64,000 bases of DNA from an uncultured Acidobacteriota bacterium (GTDB lineage Bacteria; Acidobacteriota; Blastocatellia; RBC074), in NCBI GenBank assembly GCA_963796275.1, contig CAWCKY010000003.1:32001-96000 (forward strand), read 5' to 3'. How positions within the stretch are numbered: position 1 is the first letter of the stretch; every line of letters starts with the position of its first letter. The notes under the pieces were generated by a model. The model ran no database searches. It was not told the origin of the DNA and saw nothing but the letters and a program-made list of their open reading frames with translations. The position numbers were made by a program, and so were the translations under genes. Positions 39,275 to 50,091 of this stretch are shown here, one piece after another.

Positions 39275-42139
39275 ATGGAACCCATTACGATCATCGGCGG
39301 TATCGCCGCGGGCGCAGGTGTCGGGCTTGGCATCGGCACTGCGATACGCTTGCTGCCTGTGCTGCGTCAGGCTCATCGAGACATAACAGCCTGGAGCCTG
39401 AGTTACGAGGCTCGCCTGTACGAAAGCATAGCGAAGGATGAGGAAGTGAGAATGGAATTGGCGAAGCCTTCTGGGCGAAAGCGTGACTCTTCAATTGTGG
39501 GCTTTTGCGAAGGTGCTTTGAGGCACATCGATGGATCATATAGCTGCGCATGGGAGGCGCAGCTCGCTCCGACGATGCTCGCGCACGAGCATACCGTAGA
39601 ATCCCGCTATGACGCACTGGCGCGGATGCTGGCGGTCGAGAAGCCGCCTGGTACCGTGATCCAATTCCGCTATTCGTCCGGCCCCGATCCGGGGCACGCG
39701 ATCCTCGCGCATCTCACGGCGCGGGGAGACGGAGAGTTGGCGCATCCTGAGGCCGCGGAACTCCACATGAACAATGTGGAGTTCTATCGCAGTGCCGCGG
39801 CTGTGGGAGTTTACCGTCACCAGACGCTCTCGATCTGGGTGCGAGTACCGGTCCGGCAAAAAGGGGACGATACCAGCAGCGGCCTGAGCGCTTTTATTCC
39901 CGCTGCTGGGAAGGCGTTTGGCAAACAGAGATTCAAAGACCTTCTCCACATACTGCGCAGAAAGTGGGCGGAGACGGCTGATGATGGCGTGGTGCGGCGA
40001 ATTCTCGCCGATGAACGCGAAGCGAGAAGGAGGGCGGAGAAGGTCTTCCGCCTGATCGAACGCGAATGCCCGTTGTCGTTGCGACGCTTTGGACAGGAGA
40101 AATTGTGGGAAGCCGTCTACCTCGGGCACCTGCAGAACGCGCGTTCTATTCCACTCTTGCCTGACGTTCTCGGATGCGATCTCCGGGATTATCTGTGTGG
40201 CGAGACGATTCGTGCGGAGGGGGATTACGTTATGCATGGTTTGCACCCGGGGGCCATCGTCTCGATGTTCACTCCGCCGCAGCCGGCAGTTGCGGCAGAT
40301 GCACTGCGTGTCTTGACGTTGAACCCCGTGCTCAATTTCCGGCACACGATCATTGCGGAGTGCATCTATCCCGACCAGAGCAAAGCCACGAAGCGCCTCG
40401 ACCGGCGAATTAAGCAGGTAAGACGCTCGCACATTCGTGCCGACGGAAGAGTGAAACAATCGCCGGAATCGAGAGTAGCGCTCGCCGACCTCGAGACTGT
40501 ACGCGAGCACGTGACCGGATCGCGAGAAGCGTTGGTGGATATGCGCTTCTACGCACTCATCTATGGCCCACCGGCGCGGACGCGGGAAGAGAAGATGGAG
40601 TCGCTCACGATTCTCGACAACTATTGCGAACAGATGGTGACAACGATGAAGGCTATCCCCGGTGTGGAAGCGGCGCGTGAGGACCCGGACGGCATACGCG
40701 CCATCTATCACCGAGGGCTGGCGGGTGAAGCGGACCGGCGGCCCACAGGGAGGGAGATCACAGAAGTCGCCGGCTCACTCGCCGCGCTCATTCCAACCGA
40801 ATCGAGCTGGAGTGGGGCCAGGAGACCTCACACATTGTGTTCAACACCGTCGGGGAGATTGATTGGTCTGGACTTCTTCGACCGCGGAGAGATCGCTTCT
40901 CCGCTTGCCGTAGTGTTAGGGCAGCCCGGCGCCGGCAAATCAGTGCTCATGGCCCGAATCATCAACGATGTGCTGGCGACCTTAGCTGAAGCTAGAGTGC
41001 GAGCGGTCGATTTCGGCGAATCGCTCGGCCCGCACGTGGATGTGGTGGGAGGCCGCCATCTGCGTTTCATCGCCGGAGAGCCTCGCACAATCAATATTTG
41101 GGATTACCCGGGGCTGGAACTGGGCGATCCGCCCGACGAGACCCAGATCGCTTTCGTGGTAGGCGACGCGATGCGTTTGGCGAGAGTCAAGCCCGATGAC
41201 AGCATCGCCGAGGACATCCTGACCAATGTGGTGACTGAGGTCTACAGGAACGAGGTTCCCCGCAACGGCCTCGGGAAGCCGAAACATGAGCCGACCCATT
41301 CGCACTTGCTGGCGATGCTAGATAGCTATCCCTTCCAGGCGCCGGCAGTGAGAGATCGCGCTGCGACGCTGGCAGTGGCGCTTGAGAAGTATCGCGCCCA
41401 TCCCTGGATCGATGCGCCCACGCATCCTGATTTCGCTACTGATTCTCCATATGACGTGTATGAGCTCGATAGCCTGGATAACTTTCAGCAAGACGTAAGA
41501 GAGACTTTGGCCGGACGAGTTGCTGCCCGTGTAGTTCGCTCTATCGGGCGGCTGAAAGAAGACGGGACGCGTGCGCCGGTGTTACTCGTCTTTGATGAGG
41601 TCTGGAAGATCAGGGATAAGTACCCCCACATTCTAGCTGTCATCAAACGAGGTGCACGACAAGGGCGCAAAGAGAACGCAGTGACGATGCTGGCGACACA
41701 GGCTTATGAGGATTTCGAGGAGTTGCACGATATTACCAGGACCGCCGGGATAAAGGTCATCGGCAAACAAATAGGTGATTGCTCGAAGCTCATTGATGAC
41801 GCCGGACTGTCGGACAACGCTGCTGCAGCGATAGGCACTATCAGGAATGTTCGAGGCGAATACGCCCAGTATGTATTGGTGCTGGGGTCCGGCTTCGACC
41901 AGATCGTCGAAATGATCCAGATGGACCTCTCACCGGCCGAGCTATGGACATTCGCCACAAACCCGGATGAACGCAACGCCAGAGCGCGGGTGCGATCGCT
42001 TACCGGCTGGCCGCTGGCTGCTGTGATCGGATGGCTCGCCGCTGTCTATCCGAGAGGGCTGGCTGCTGCAGGACAGATCGAAGTTGATGAATCGCTTTTA
42101 GGCTTTCAACATAAAACCCTCAGAGGAGGGAAGCAATGA
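39275..42139 (+). CDS. virB4: VirB4-family T4SS ATPase
   Basis: Walker A GQPGAGKS, VDFGES, INIWD, Walker B LVFDEVW, RQGRKENAV..LATQ. Confidence 0.9.
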   Translation: MEPITIIGGIAAGAGVGLGIGTAIRLLPVLRQAHRDITAWSLSYEARLYESIAKDEEVRMELAKPSGRKRDSSIVGFCEGALRHIDGSYSCAWEAQLAPTMLAHEHTVESRYDALARMLAVEKPPGTVIQFRYSSGPDPGHAILAHLTARGDGELAHPEAAELHMNNVEFYRSAAAVGVYRHQTLSIWVRVPVRQKGDDTSSGLSAFIPAAGKAFGKQRFKDLLHILRRKWAETADDGVVRRILADEREARRRAEKVFRLIERECPLSLRRFGQEKLWEAVYLGHLQNARSIPLLPDVLGCDLRDYLCGETIRAEGDYVMHGLHPGAIVSMFTPPQPAVAADALRVLTLNPVLNFRHTIIAECIYPDQSKATKRLDRRIKQVRRSHIRADGRVKQSPESRVALADLETVREHVTGSREALVDMRFYALIYGPPARTREEKMESLTILDNYCEQMVTTMKAIPGVEAAREDPDGIRAIYHRGLAGEADRRPTGREITEVAGSLAALIPTESSWSGARRPHTLCSTPSGRLIGLDFFDRGEIASPLAVVLGQPGAGKSVLMARIINDVLATLAEARVRAVDFGESLGPHVDVVGGRHLRFIAGEPRTINIWDYPGLELGDPPDETQIAFVVGDAMRLARVKPDDSIAEDILTNVVTEVYRNEVPRNGLGKPKHEPTHSHLLAMLDSYPFQAPAVRDRAATLAVALEKYRAHPWIDAPTHPDFATDSPYDVYELDSLDNFQQDVRETLAGRVAARVVRSIGRLKEDGTRAPVLLVFDEVWKIRDKYPHILAVIKRGARQGRKENAVTMLATQAYEDFEELHDITRTAGIKVIGKQIGDCSKLIDDAGLSDNAAAAIGTIRNVRGEYAQYVLVLGSGFDQIVEMIQMDLSPAELWTFATNPDERNARARVRSLTGWPLAAVIGWLAAVYPRGLAAAGQIEVDESLLGFQHKTLRGGKQ

Positions 42140-42987
42140 AAAAGGCATCTATGCTTCATCGGCTCATACCTGGGTTGTTCATCTGCATTCTGCTCATCCC
42201 TCACGAGGCGGCGTACGCGCAATGGACTGTCTACGATCCTGCTCAGTACGTGCTTCAAGTCGAAAAGAAAGTCGAAGAGGCGGCTCGGTGGATGGAGCAC
42301 TACCAGAAGTTAGTAGAGCAGCTCACAACACTGGGTGGAGTACTTAAAGCCGCCGATGATCTCGTCGCCAAGCAGAACAATGCAATCGCCACCATGAGCA
42401 ACATAGGAAGGACGGTCCGCGCTTCCTTCCAGTTAAAGGATCAGCTTGAAGCGATTGTTACCACGCGCCTGAACATGATCAAGCGGATCGACGAACGGCT
42501 TCGCAACGGTATCTTTGATCCGGAAGCCGATCTGCGAGACCTTGATGAGTATTTAAGAGAATCTATCGGCCGGAGCAGTCAAGATACGATCGCGAATCGC
42601 GAACGGCTTGTTCGGATGGACAACCAGATCGCGATGTGGCAACGCGAAATGAGTCTCAAGGAGCAGAAGAAAGCATGGGCAAAGGGGGAGCAGAAAATAA
42701 CGGCAGACTTACTTTACGTGGAGGAACGGAAGCCTGACGCGCAGAAATGTGCTTCGTGTATCGCCAGTCTCAAGGATGAACTGGCCAGTTACGAGATACT
42801 GATCGCACAGCTTGAGGTGGAGATATTAGATCTCCGATGCCAAATCGAGAATCGCATGAAGCAATACAACATTCGTATGGAGGAGCGCGTCAAGTTCGGG
42901 GAGCAGGTACAGTCGATGAATAAGGCATGGTCAGAATTCAATAATGCGCTCGACGAGCTTCAAAGGACGCTCAGCAAAGTCGACTAG
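42136..42987 (+). CDS. VirB5/TrbJ-like secreted protein
   Basis: Signal peptide followed by AQWTVYDP, then coiled coils. Confidence 0.7.
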   Translation: MKKASMLHRLIPGLFICILLIPHEAAYAQWTVYDPAQYVLQVEKKVEEAARWMEHYQKLVEQLTTLGGVLKAADDLVAKQNNAIATMSNIGRTVRASFQLKDQLEAIVTTRLNMIKRIDERLRNGIFDPEADLRDLDEYLRESIGRSSQDTIANRERLVRMDNQIAMWQREMSLKEQKKAWAKGEQKITADLLYVEERKPDAQKCASCIASLKDELASYEILIAQLEVEILDLRCQIENRMKQYNIRMEERVKFGEQVQSMNKAWSEFNNALDELQRTLSKVD

Positions 42988-43023
42988 AGCCTATCTATTA
43001 GAAGATAGGATCAAGGAGCAATC

Positions 43024-45009
43024 ATGCGTGCAAGCAAACTCAGGCGATCAACACTGTCCATCCTGCACATTACTGCGGTAATTGTTTGTGTGAGCCTGCC
43101 CATGCTCGCTCAGACGCCCACGCCTATACCGTCCCCCGCGCCTGCGAATCCTGCAGGTAGTGGCTTATCGGATATCTTCCGGGCGTTAATCGGCCATGCC
43201 GGCGCCCTCATACCGCTCCTACAAAACGAGATCGAAGGCCCTCTCATGCCGTGGTTGGAGAAAGTGTCCTGGACACTGGCTGCGCTCGTCATCATGTTCG
43301 GCTTCGCCAGGCTGTGGCGCGAAAACGCGGGAGCCGGTGTGGATGTTTTCTGGTGGTTCGGGAGAGTTGGGATCATCTTCGCGCTGATGGGAACCGGCCC
43401 GACCATCATCAACACGCTCGATACTATCGGCCAGGAGATCGCCTGGAGTGGAAGCAGCAGAAACGGCGATACCGCCGTTCTCCACAGATTCTACGACAAC
43501 CAGCGTAAAACCTTCGAAGAAGGCTACCGCAGATTCACCAAAGGGCATTTCACTGTTGAGCCAACTGGCGAAAATCTCAAACCGCCTCCGGGTGGAGAAG
43601 AGGCAGTTCTGGGAGTGCTCCTCGACGTGGTCTCTTCGCCTCAGGGGATCAATAACAAGTTCGAGAGCCTTTCGCACAATATGCCGTTCCTCTTTTCGTT
43701 GCTGAGCTTCGCGCGCGGGATAATCGCTTTCGGGGACCTGTGGCTTCTGTTGCTCGGGGGATTTCTGATGATCGCCGTCAGGCTTGCGGCGCCGGTGATG
43801 ATTGCCCTGGCGATCGATCGGAACCTGGCTCAGAAGATATCCTATCCATTTACCTGGGGCGTTATCGTTCTGACACTGGTGTGGCCGGTTGTCTCTCAAT
43901 TGATCAGGGGGCTCGCCTATATGGGAGGCAACCTCGCGATGAGTCTGAGTAGAAGTGATGCCGTCTATCAATGGAATCCGCAAACGATGCAGGAAATCAT
44001 GTCTTCTGGCGCAGAGCCTTATCACACTGTCATTTTGGCAGTCTTGATTATGGCCGTCGCCGGACTGTCACTGTGGGCTTCGCCGATGATCGCCTACAAA
44101 GTGGCGAGCGGCCAGATCTACGAAAGCGTATCGTCCACCATCTCGGGATGGATGGGGGCGATTGTCGGAGCTGGAGTTGAATTCTACAGCGCGTCAGCTG
44201 CGGCACAGATTACTAACATGGCCGATCAGATGCAGGCGCTGGGGGGATTTGGAGCCGAGATGATGCGCGCTGAAGCGGGGAAGGATGCGGGCAATCTGGG
44301 CATTCGCGCCAGGCAGAGTGAGAAACTCGCACAGCTCTTCGCGCAGCGGGACCAGCAGATCGGCCTCGCCAAGGCAGGGCGTGACTTCCAGAATAACGCC
44401 GCTTACCAGCAATACATGCACACCTATCGCACCATGATGGCGGGTCGCACTAAAGAGAACAATGACAATAGGGTCGCGGGCCATCAGCAACGGGAGATGC
44501 AAAAGTGGGGCGCGATCAGCGAGGCATTGACTATCGGTGGAAGAAACATGAGCCCCTTCGGCATGGGTGGGAACAAAATAGGAGATGGAGCCTTTATAGG
44601 CCTTACCATTCAACATGGCGGCAATTTCATCAGGTGGTTGGGTCAGGGACAGGCAGTTATCAAAGGCGCCGGAGGGCGCACCAAGAACATCGAAGAATAT
44701 TACAATGATCTGAATAAAAGCTGGGGTACCTACACCAAAAATATGTATGGTCTTCACGGCGATTTCGCAAACGCCCAGATCGATACTGCCAAAGCATATG
44801 CGAATCAAACTGCTGGCGGGGTCAACCAGGCTGCAGCGCTCGAGAGACAAGCAAACCTCTTCACCTACGAAGGCGCGGTCGGGGCGGCTAAGGAAGTGCG
44901 GGATGCATCGCTCCAGGCAGCCCAGTTGCGCGCAGTCGCAGCCCTGATGAGCGCTATGGGCCATAACATCGCGCGTAGTGCTGAGCAGGGCATGGCGCTG
45001 CGGTATTAA
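43024..45009 (+). CDS. VirB6/TrbL-like polytopic membrane protein
   Basis: Multiple TMs, LAAPVMIAL motif, Ala/Gly-rich tail; follows the VirB5-like gene. Confidence 0.7.
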   Translation: MRASKLRRSTLSILHITAVIVCVSLPMLAQTPTPIPSPAPANPAGSGLSDIFRALIGHAGALIPLLQNEIEGPLMPWLEKVSWTLAALVIMFGFARLWRENAGAGVDVFWWFGRVGIIFALMGTGPTIINTLDTIGQEIAWSGSSRNGDTAVLHRFYDNQRKTFEEGYRRFTKGHFTVEPTGENLKPPPGGEEAVLGVLLDVVSSPQGINNKFESLSHNMPFLFSLLSFARGIIAFGDLWLLLLGGFLMIAVRLAAPVMIALAIDRNLAQKISYPFTWGVIVLTLVWPVVSQLIRGLAYMGGNLAMSLSRSDAVYQWNPQTMQEIMSSGAEPYHTVILAVLIMAVAGLSLWASPMIAYKVASGQIYESVSSTISGWMGAIVGAGVEFYSASAAAQITNMADQMQALGGFGAEMMRAEAGKDAGNLGIRARQSEKLAQLFAQRDQQIGLAKAGRDFQNNAAYQQYMHTYRTMMAGRTKENNDNRVAGHQQREMQKWGAISEALTIGGRNMSPFGMGGNKIGDGAFIGLTIQHGGNFIRWLGQGQAVIKGAGGRTKNIEEYYNDLNKSWGTYTKNMYGLHGDFANAQIDTAKAYANQTAGGVNQAAALERQANLFTYEGAVGAAKEVRDASLQAAQLRAVAALMSAMGHNIARSAEQGMALRY

Positions 45010-45155
45010 GAGTAGTTTTCAAAATGATAACGCTATTAGACCATCAAAGTCAGAATTGGGTGATATCCGCTTCCCTGGCGGAAGCGCTTGGGGGCTATTT
45101 GATAGTGATTGTGGGAGAGTGTTGCCAGGACCACTAGACCTAGGAGTGCAGGAAT

Positions 45156-45485
45156 ATGAGTGAGATCGATATAGATCGCATCAACACGGAAATTGAAGGA
45201 AAGATCAAAAGGTACGCCAGCAAGGTTGAGTTGGTTGATGATGAGGCGGTGCTGCGTGTAACCATCCCGGATGATGTCGTGTTGGACCGGGAATTCCATA
45301 TAAATTGGTGGCTTGATTTCATTGGTCAATCCGTATTTCAGTGGTGCGGCCGAACCTTCTACTGCTGTGATGTCGAGACGACAGAAGACGCGCACATTTG
45401 GATCTGCCACTTATCGGAGTTGCCTGACGATCCTCTTCTGCAAATGGCGCAGGAAATCAATGACGAAGCTGTTCCGCAATCCTGA
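45156..45485 (+). CDS. Hypothetical acidic protein
   Basis: 109-aa ORF with purine-rich RBS. Confidence 0.5.
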   Translation: MSEIDIDRINTEIEGKIKRYASKVELVDDEAVLRVTIPDDVVLDREFHINWWLDFIGQSVFQWCGRTFYCCDVETTEDAHIWICHLSELPDDPLLQMAQEINDEAVPQS

Positions 45486-45542
45486 GTCTATTGACCAATG
45501 ACTCACGATATAGAGCATAACCGAAACTGTAGGGGATAAACG

Positions 45543-45749
45543 ATGAATACGGAGACAGGCAAAACAACTCGATCATCCGTCACTCTGCCAAAATTTCTGA
45601 CGGTAGAAGAGGTGGCCGCGCTACTGCGCATCAAGGTCCGCACGGTCTATGAGATGGTCTCGCAAAATCGGATTCCGTTTCGCAAGGCCGGCCGCCGCAC
45701 GGTCTTCTTGCTCGAAGAGATTATGGAATGGACCTGCCGGCAAAAATGA
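45543..45749 (+). CDS. xis: Excisionase-like HTH protein
   Basis: FLTVEEVAALLRIKVRTVYEMV...IPFRKAGRRTVF...IMEW; directly upstream of the integrase. Confidence 0.85.
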   Translation: MNTETGKTTRSSVTLPKFLTVEEVAALLRIKVRTVYEMVSQNRIPFRKAGRRTVFLLEEIMEWTCRQK

Positions 45750-45843
45750 TCTACTAGCCTTTCGAGAACTCGACCGAATGCCAATTATCGCGGTAATATA
45801 AAAACCGCTCTGACCCGTGGCTGCAACTCGGGAAGGGAGCAAC

Positions 45844-46929
45844 ATGGCAGTAAAAAAACGCGGAGGTCGTTGGCACTACGACTTCATGATCAAACATAAG
45901 CGCTATCGCGGAGTGGTTCCCGAAGCGCGAACCAAGGCTCAGGCCGAACAAGCCGAGACTCAGATTCGCCAGGATGTTTATGACTCGAAATATGGCAAGG
46001 CTATAGAGTCGCCAATCTTCGAAACCTTCGTCGAGGAGGTTTATCTCCCCTGGGCGAAGTTAAATAAACGCTCCTGGAGATCTGATGTCGAATACGTTGA
46101 AGTGCTCATCGGTGAGTTCGGAGATAAGAAACTAGATGAGATCACGCCGGCGATGATTGAGAAATTCAAGAGCAAGCGGCGTGAATCGATCACGCGGCGG
46201 GGCAAAAAACGCGCCCCGGCATCGGTCAATCGCGAGCTTGAGGCGCTCTCACGCATATACACTCTCGCAACCGATCAGGATCTGGCGGCAGTCAATCCCT
46301 GTCACAAGGTCAAAAAGCTGTTGATGGATAATGCGCGAACCCGCTACTTATCCGTTGAAGAAGAAGAGAGATTGTTGGAAGTGATGACAGGAAGGATCAC
46401 TCACCTGGGTCCAATCGTCATCATCGCGATCGACACGGGGCTGCGGCGTGGAGAATTGCTGAGTCTTGAAAAGGAACAGGTCGATTTTATCCTTAATGTG
46501 ATCAATGTGAAGAGAACAAAGAGTGGAAAAGGCAGAACCGTGCCAATGACTCCGAGAGTATCGGAGGAACTGAAGCGGCTCTGCGAAAACAGCGACAGTC
46601 GTTACCTTTTTGGCAACCCGGACACCGGCAAAGCGATCACTGACGTGAAGCATTCATTCACTTCAGCCGCCCGTGCTGCAGGTATCGAGGATTTCACTTT
46701 TCACGACTTGAGGCACACGTTTGGAACACGCCTCGCCGCATCCGGCGCGGACGTGGTCAAGATCAAGGAGTTGATGGGCCACTCTTCGATCACAACCACG
46801 ATGCGCTATATGCACGCGAGCGATTCCGGCAAGCATGAGGCCATCGCCAGAATGGCGGCGACCCACGCTCAAAAGAATTGTCACAAGATTGTCACAAAAG
46901 AAAAAAGGCAGGATGTTCAACCTGCCTAA
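45844..46929 (+). CDS. int: Phage-type tyrosine integrase
   Basis: Arm-binding N-terminus, ASVNREL, TGLRRGELL, TKSG, FHDLRHTFGT, LMGHSSITTTMRY. Confidence 0.95.
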   Translation: MAVKKRGGRWHYDFMIKHKRYRGVVPEARTKAQAEQAETQIRQDVYDSKYGKAIESPIFETFVEEVYLPWAKLNKRSWRSDVEYVEVLIGEFGDKKLDEITPAMIEKFKSKRRESITRRGKKRAPASVNRELEALSRIYTLATDQDLAAVNPCHKVKKLLMDNARTRYLSVEEEERLLEVMTGRITHLGPIVIIAIDTGLRRGELLSLEKEQVDFILNVINVKRTKSGKGRTVPMTPRVSEELKRLCENSDSRYLFGNPDTGKAITDVKHSFTSAARAAGIEDFTFHDLRHTFGTRLAASGADVVKIKELMGHSSITTTMRYMHASDSGKHEAIARMAATHAQKNCHKIVTKEKRQDVQPA

Positions 46930-46939
46930 ACCATTGATT
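46877..46939. promoter_or_regulatory. att-site accessory elements: tandem arm-type repeats and IHF consensus
   Basis: ATTGTCACAA twice (46877, 46888); TAAACCATTGATT (46927-46939) matches IHF YAANNNNTTGATW. Confidence 0.65.
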
Positions 46940-46945
46940 CTATTT

Positions 46946-47020
<75 letters not shown>

Positions 47021-47175
47021 TTTTTACGAACGCGAATTGTGCCACCTCATTTACACCAATGTCAACTAGGAGTTTACGCATGGCAAACATTGTGTTTATC
47101 TTGTGGCGTCTTCCGTCTTTCACTGCCTTCTATCTCCCATACCCATATTCATACCCATAAATTTTCAACTATTGC

Positions 47176-47391
47176 CTACTTTTGCGGTTTACTAGAATTT
47201 CGTTTGGATTTAGATTTCTTGCGGATCAGTAGAGCTTCAATTGCAAGCTCAACTATCTTTGATATCGGTTGCTCTCCTCTCTCCCATCTAGCAACCGTGT
47301 TTTTCGTGACTCCCAGTTCTTCAGCAAATTCAGTCTGGGTCATCTCTAGTTCTTGTCTGTGAGTTCTCAGTTGTTTTCCCTTCTCGTTCAT
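47176..47391 (-). CDS. XRE-family HTH protein
   Basis: LRTHRQELEMTQTEFAEELGVTKNTVARWERGE. Confidence 0.88.
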   Translation of the reverse strand: MNEKGKQLRTHRQELEMTQTEFAEELGVTKNTVARWERGEQPISKIVELAIEALLIRKKSKSKRNSSKPQK

Positions 47392-47506
47392 CAGATGGAT
47401 CTAAACCAATGAACGGTATACGTCAAGTACACTTTGAACTTGATTATTGAGTATACATTATGTATACCGCGTCTTGTCAACATCAATTACAGAGGAGCAA
47501 GAACCA

Positions 47507-47746
47507 ATGATCAGTTCAAAAAACAAACAATCGAGAATTGGAAGTCGCGAACCGTTCGGAAGAGTGACGAAGTTGGAGCAAATACCATCAGCGTTGTTTG
47601 AAGTCCTGCATCTGGCTAGGAAGATTAAGACGCCAGAGGGTAAACAGATCGCCACGATAATTGATGATATTATCACCGTTGCCCTGGCTGATTCTGAAGC
47701 CTGGATAAAACTAAAATTAGAATTCCCGCAAGTTGCTGATAAATAA
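47507..47746 (+). CDS. Small hypothetical protein divergent from the XRE gene
   Basis: AGAGGAG RBS before ATG 47507; hairpin follows. Confidence 0.5.
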   Translation: MISSKNKQSRIGSREPFGRVTKLEQIPSALFEVLHLARKIKTPEGKQIATIIDDIITVALADSEAWIKLKLEFPQVADK

Positions 47747-47764
47747 AGCGCTTCTGAATATCAC

Positions 47765-47799
47765 GCCAATAGGCGCGAAATGAATTTCCGCCTATTGGC
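47765..47799 (+). terminator. Hairpin
   Basis: GCCAATAGGCG / CGCCTATTGGC 11-bp stem. Confidence 0.55.
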
Positions 47800-48202
47800 A
47801 AACTTGAATTATCCGCCTCGGCAATATTGATGTGAGATATGCAAGATGATGAGATCGATGATCCAGGTTACCGATCATCCTCGACTAAGGATTTGTATTT
47901 TCTGTGAAGAGTGGAGAGAAAAGAGCGAGTTCAATAGTACTGATTGCATCTGTCTGTATCCACTGTTCACACGATGATTGCGGTTATGGTTTAGAAAGTC
48001 CGTTCAAAGCTTAAACTGCTACATCTTGAAATGATCGATATGCGCGCTCGCGGATGTGCAGCGCGCATATCTGTTTTATGTAGAGGTGTATTCGTGTTTG
48101 ATGATGAAGTCTGGTGATCAGCGACAATTAGAAATCCCTGGGTGATTCGCTGGCCCTGAAAGTAAGATTTTTAATTGAGGCAATATGGAGTGGAAAAAGT
48201 AA

Positions 48203-48598
48203 TTGACGCTGAACACGTATTGTAAATTTGAACTTGAGAACCATAGAATGAACTACCATAACTCGTGCAAACAACTAGCAGATGACTTCACTAGTACAAT
48301 TCCATCTTCATTGGCTGACATCATTCGAAGAACCAAGAAGCGATGCGAGAAGGATTCTATAGAGTGGAAACTAGGAACAGATATTGAAGCAATGCGCCAT
48401 TTACTAGATTTGTATGAAGCGCAGTCTGGTATCGATCCTTTGACTAATCTCGAAATGAGCGTAGATATTGATGGTGAATTTAAGTTCCTGATGAAGCCAT
48501 CGTTAGATCGAATTGACAATAATCTAGGATACGAAGCTGGAAATATCAGGCTTACAAACAATCTGGTCGAATCTTCAGCGAAACCTCTTGAACGATGA
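48203..48598 (+). CDS. Phage-like HNH/His-Me endonuclease fragment
   Basis: KPSLDRIDNNLGYEAGNIRL motif; expected C-terminal CN motif missing. Confidence 0.55.
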   Translation: MTLNTYCKFELENHRMNYHNSCKQLADDFTSTIPSSLADIIRRTKKRCEKDSIEWKLGTDIEAMRHLLDLYEAQSGIDPLTNLEMSVDIDGEFKFLMKPSLDRIDNNLGYEAGNIRLTNNLVESSAKPLER

Positions 48599-49111
48599 AC
48601 AATTTTATTTTCTATCAAAGCAGGTAGTGGATACGTTCGAGAAAAAGAATAAGCGAGACAAATCCAGAAAGAAGTGATGCGATGCTCTGGGCATATGCTC
48701 ACACGCCTAGAGCTTCGCAATGTAGCTTGTTAAGATTGTTCCTGGTCACTAACGCAATCCTAGCCAAAGAATGAAGGCTACGGCTCCAACCGTGATTCCA
48801 ATGATTTCTAGCTTATAAACGTTTTTCCAATTGAGTTTCATAAGCAACCTCGCAAGAAAAAGAAACTGTCTGCAATTCCCTAGCGATGACCGAGCAGATT
48901 GTAGTGGGTTTGGCTGGCAGGTGTCTAGAGCACGGAGGCAAATTCAAGGCTCTCGTCCGATACTCAAATTTCATGAAATTAGCCTGCTGGTGACGTTTTT
49001 CTGGTCTGGCACGAGTAAATCCATTCTCGACTATACCAGACTAATACAGAGCCTTATTTTCGATTAGTGCATGAAATTAATACAAAGGTACTTCAACAGC
49101 TACATAAATAG

Positions 49112-49145
49112 CGATAGCCGACAAGCGGAGTGCTGTCGGCTATCG
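49112..49145. terminator. Hairpin
   Basis: CGATAGCCGACA / TGTCGGCTATCG 12-bp stem. Confidence 0.55.
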
Positions 49146-49453
49146 TATATTGGAAGGTTATGGGCTAGTTGATAAACCTGGATTCAAGGTGATCATCTTG
49201 AATCTGCTGTTCTCTATTCTGCTCTGCTGCTAAAGCTTCATTGAACTGATATTCAGCAAGTTGATTCGCGATCTTTTTTGCCACCTCATTCACACCTATG
49301 TCAACCAATCATCTGCTATTCAAAAGGTCTATTCTCGATTGAGCCATCGGATGCTGCTTGTTGAGACGGTTTTGTACCGTTTTGTAATGTCAAAATCGAG
49401 GAAGAGCTTTCCGGATTTGGCGTTAATGCGAAATCCATGAGACAGTATCTTTT

Positions 49454-49933
49454 ATGAACGACGACCTCCAACACCTCAGGTATCTCACTCTAGGACACTA
49501 CATCGGCGCGGCAATCACGGCGCTATTCGCCTGCTTTCCCCTCATTCACTTCTCGATCGGACTGACAATGCTGCTCATGCCACCAGAGATGGTGGGCGTC
49601 GAGCCATTCCCGACGCGATGGTTGGGACTGATGTTCGCTTTGATTGGCGGCGCGGCCGTGTTATTCGGCTGGGCCTTTGCGGTGCTCATCTTCATAGCAG
49701 GGCGGTCGCTCGCGGCGCGTAAGCGATATATGTTCTGCTTCGTCATAGCGGCGCTCTGTTGCGCGTTCATCCCTTTAGGAACGGTGCTGGGAGTCTTTAC
49801 GATCCTGGTCTTGATGCGGCCCACGGTCAAAGCGATGTTCCAGGAACAGCCGGTTCTCGGCGTTCCGCCTGAGAGAGTTCCGCGGGCTGGGGCATGGCGT
49901 GATCAGGTGGTCGCTGATCGAAGCGACAGCTAA
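49454..49933 (+). CDS. Membrane protein of unknown function
   Basis: HLRYLTLGHYI...PLGTVLGVFTILVLMRPTVKAMF; about 4 TMs. Confidence 0.8.
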   Translation: MNDDLQHLRYLTLGHYIGAAITALFACFPLIHFSIGLTMLLMPPEMVGVEPFPTRWLGLMFALIGGAAVLFGWAFAVLIFIAGRSLAARKRYMFCFVIAALCCAFIPLGTVLGVFTILVLMRPTVKAMFQEQPVLGVPPERVPRAGAWRDQVVADRSDS

Positions 49934-50091
49934 TCAGCCGACGTAAATCGATTGTCGCCGACTCGCAAGGGTGAATCTTCCGGTCTCTGTACCTGACGGC
50001 GAGCGCTTGGTTGAGCGTCAGGGCTAACGCGAGCTTCGCCTCACAGCGAAAGGGATGGTCTGCTTACGTAGCCCTGCTTTTTTCCACGGGG

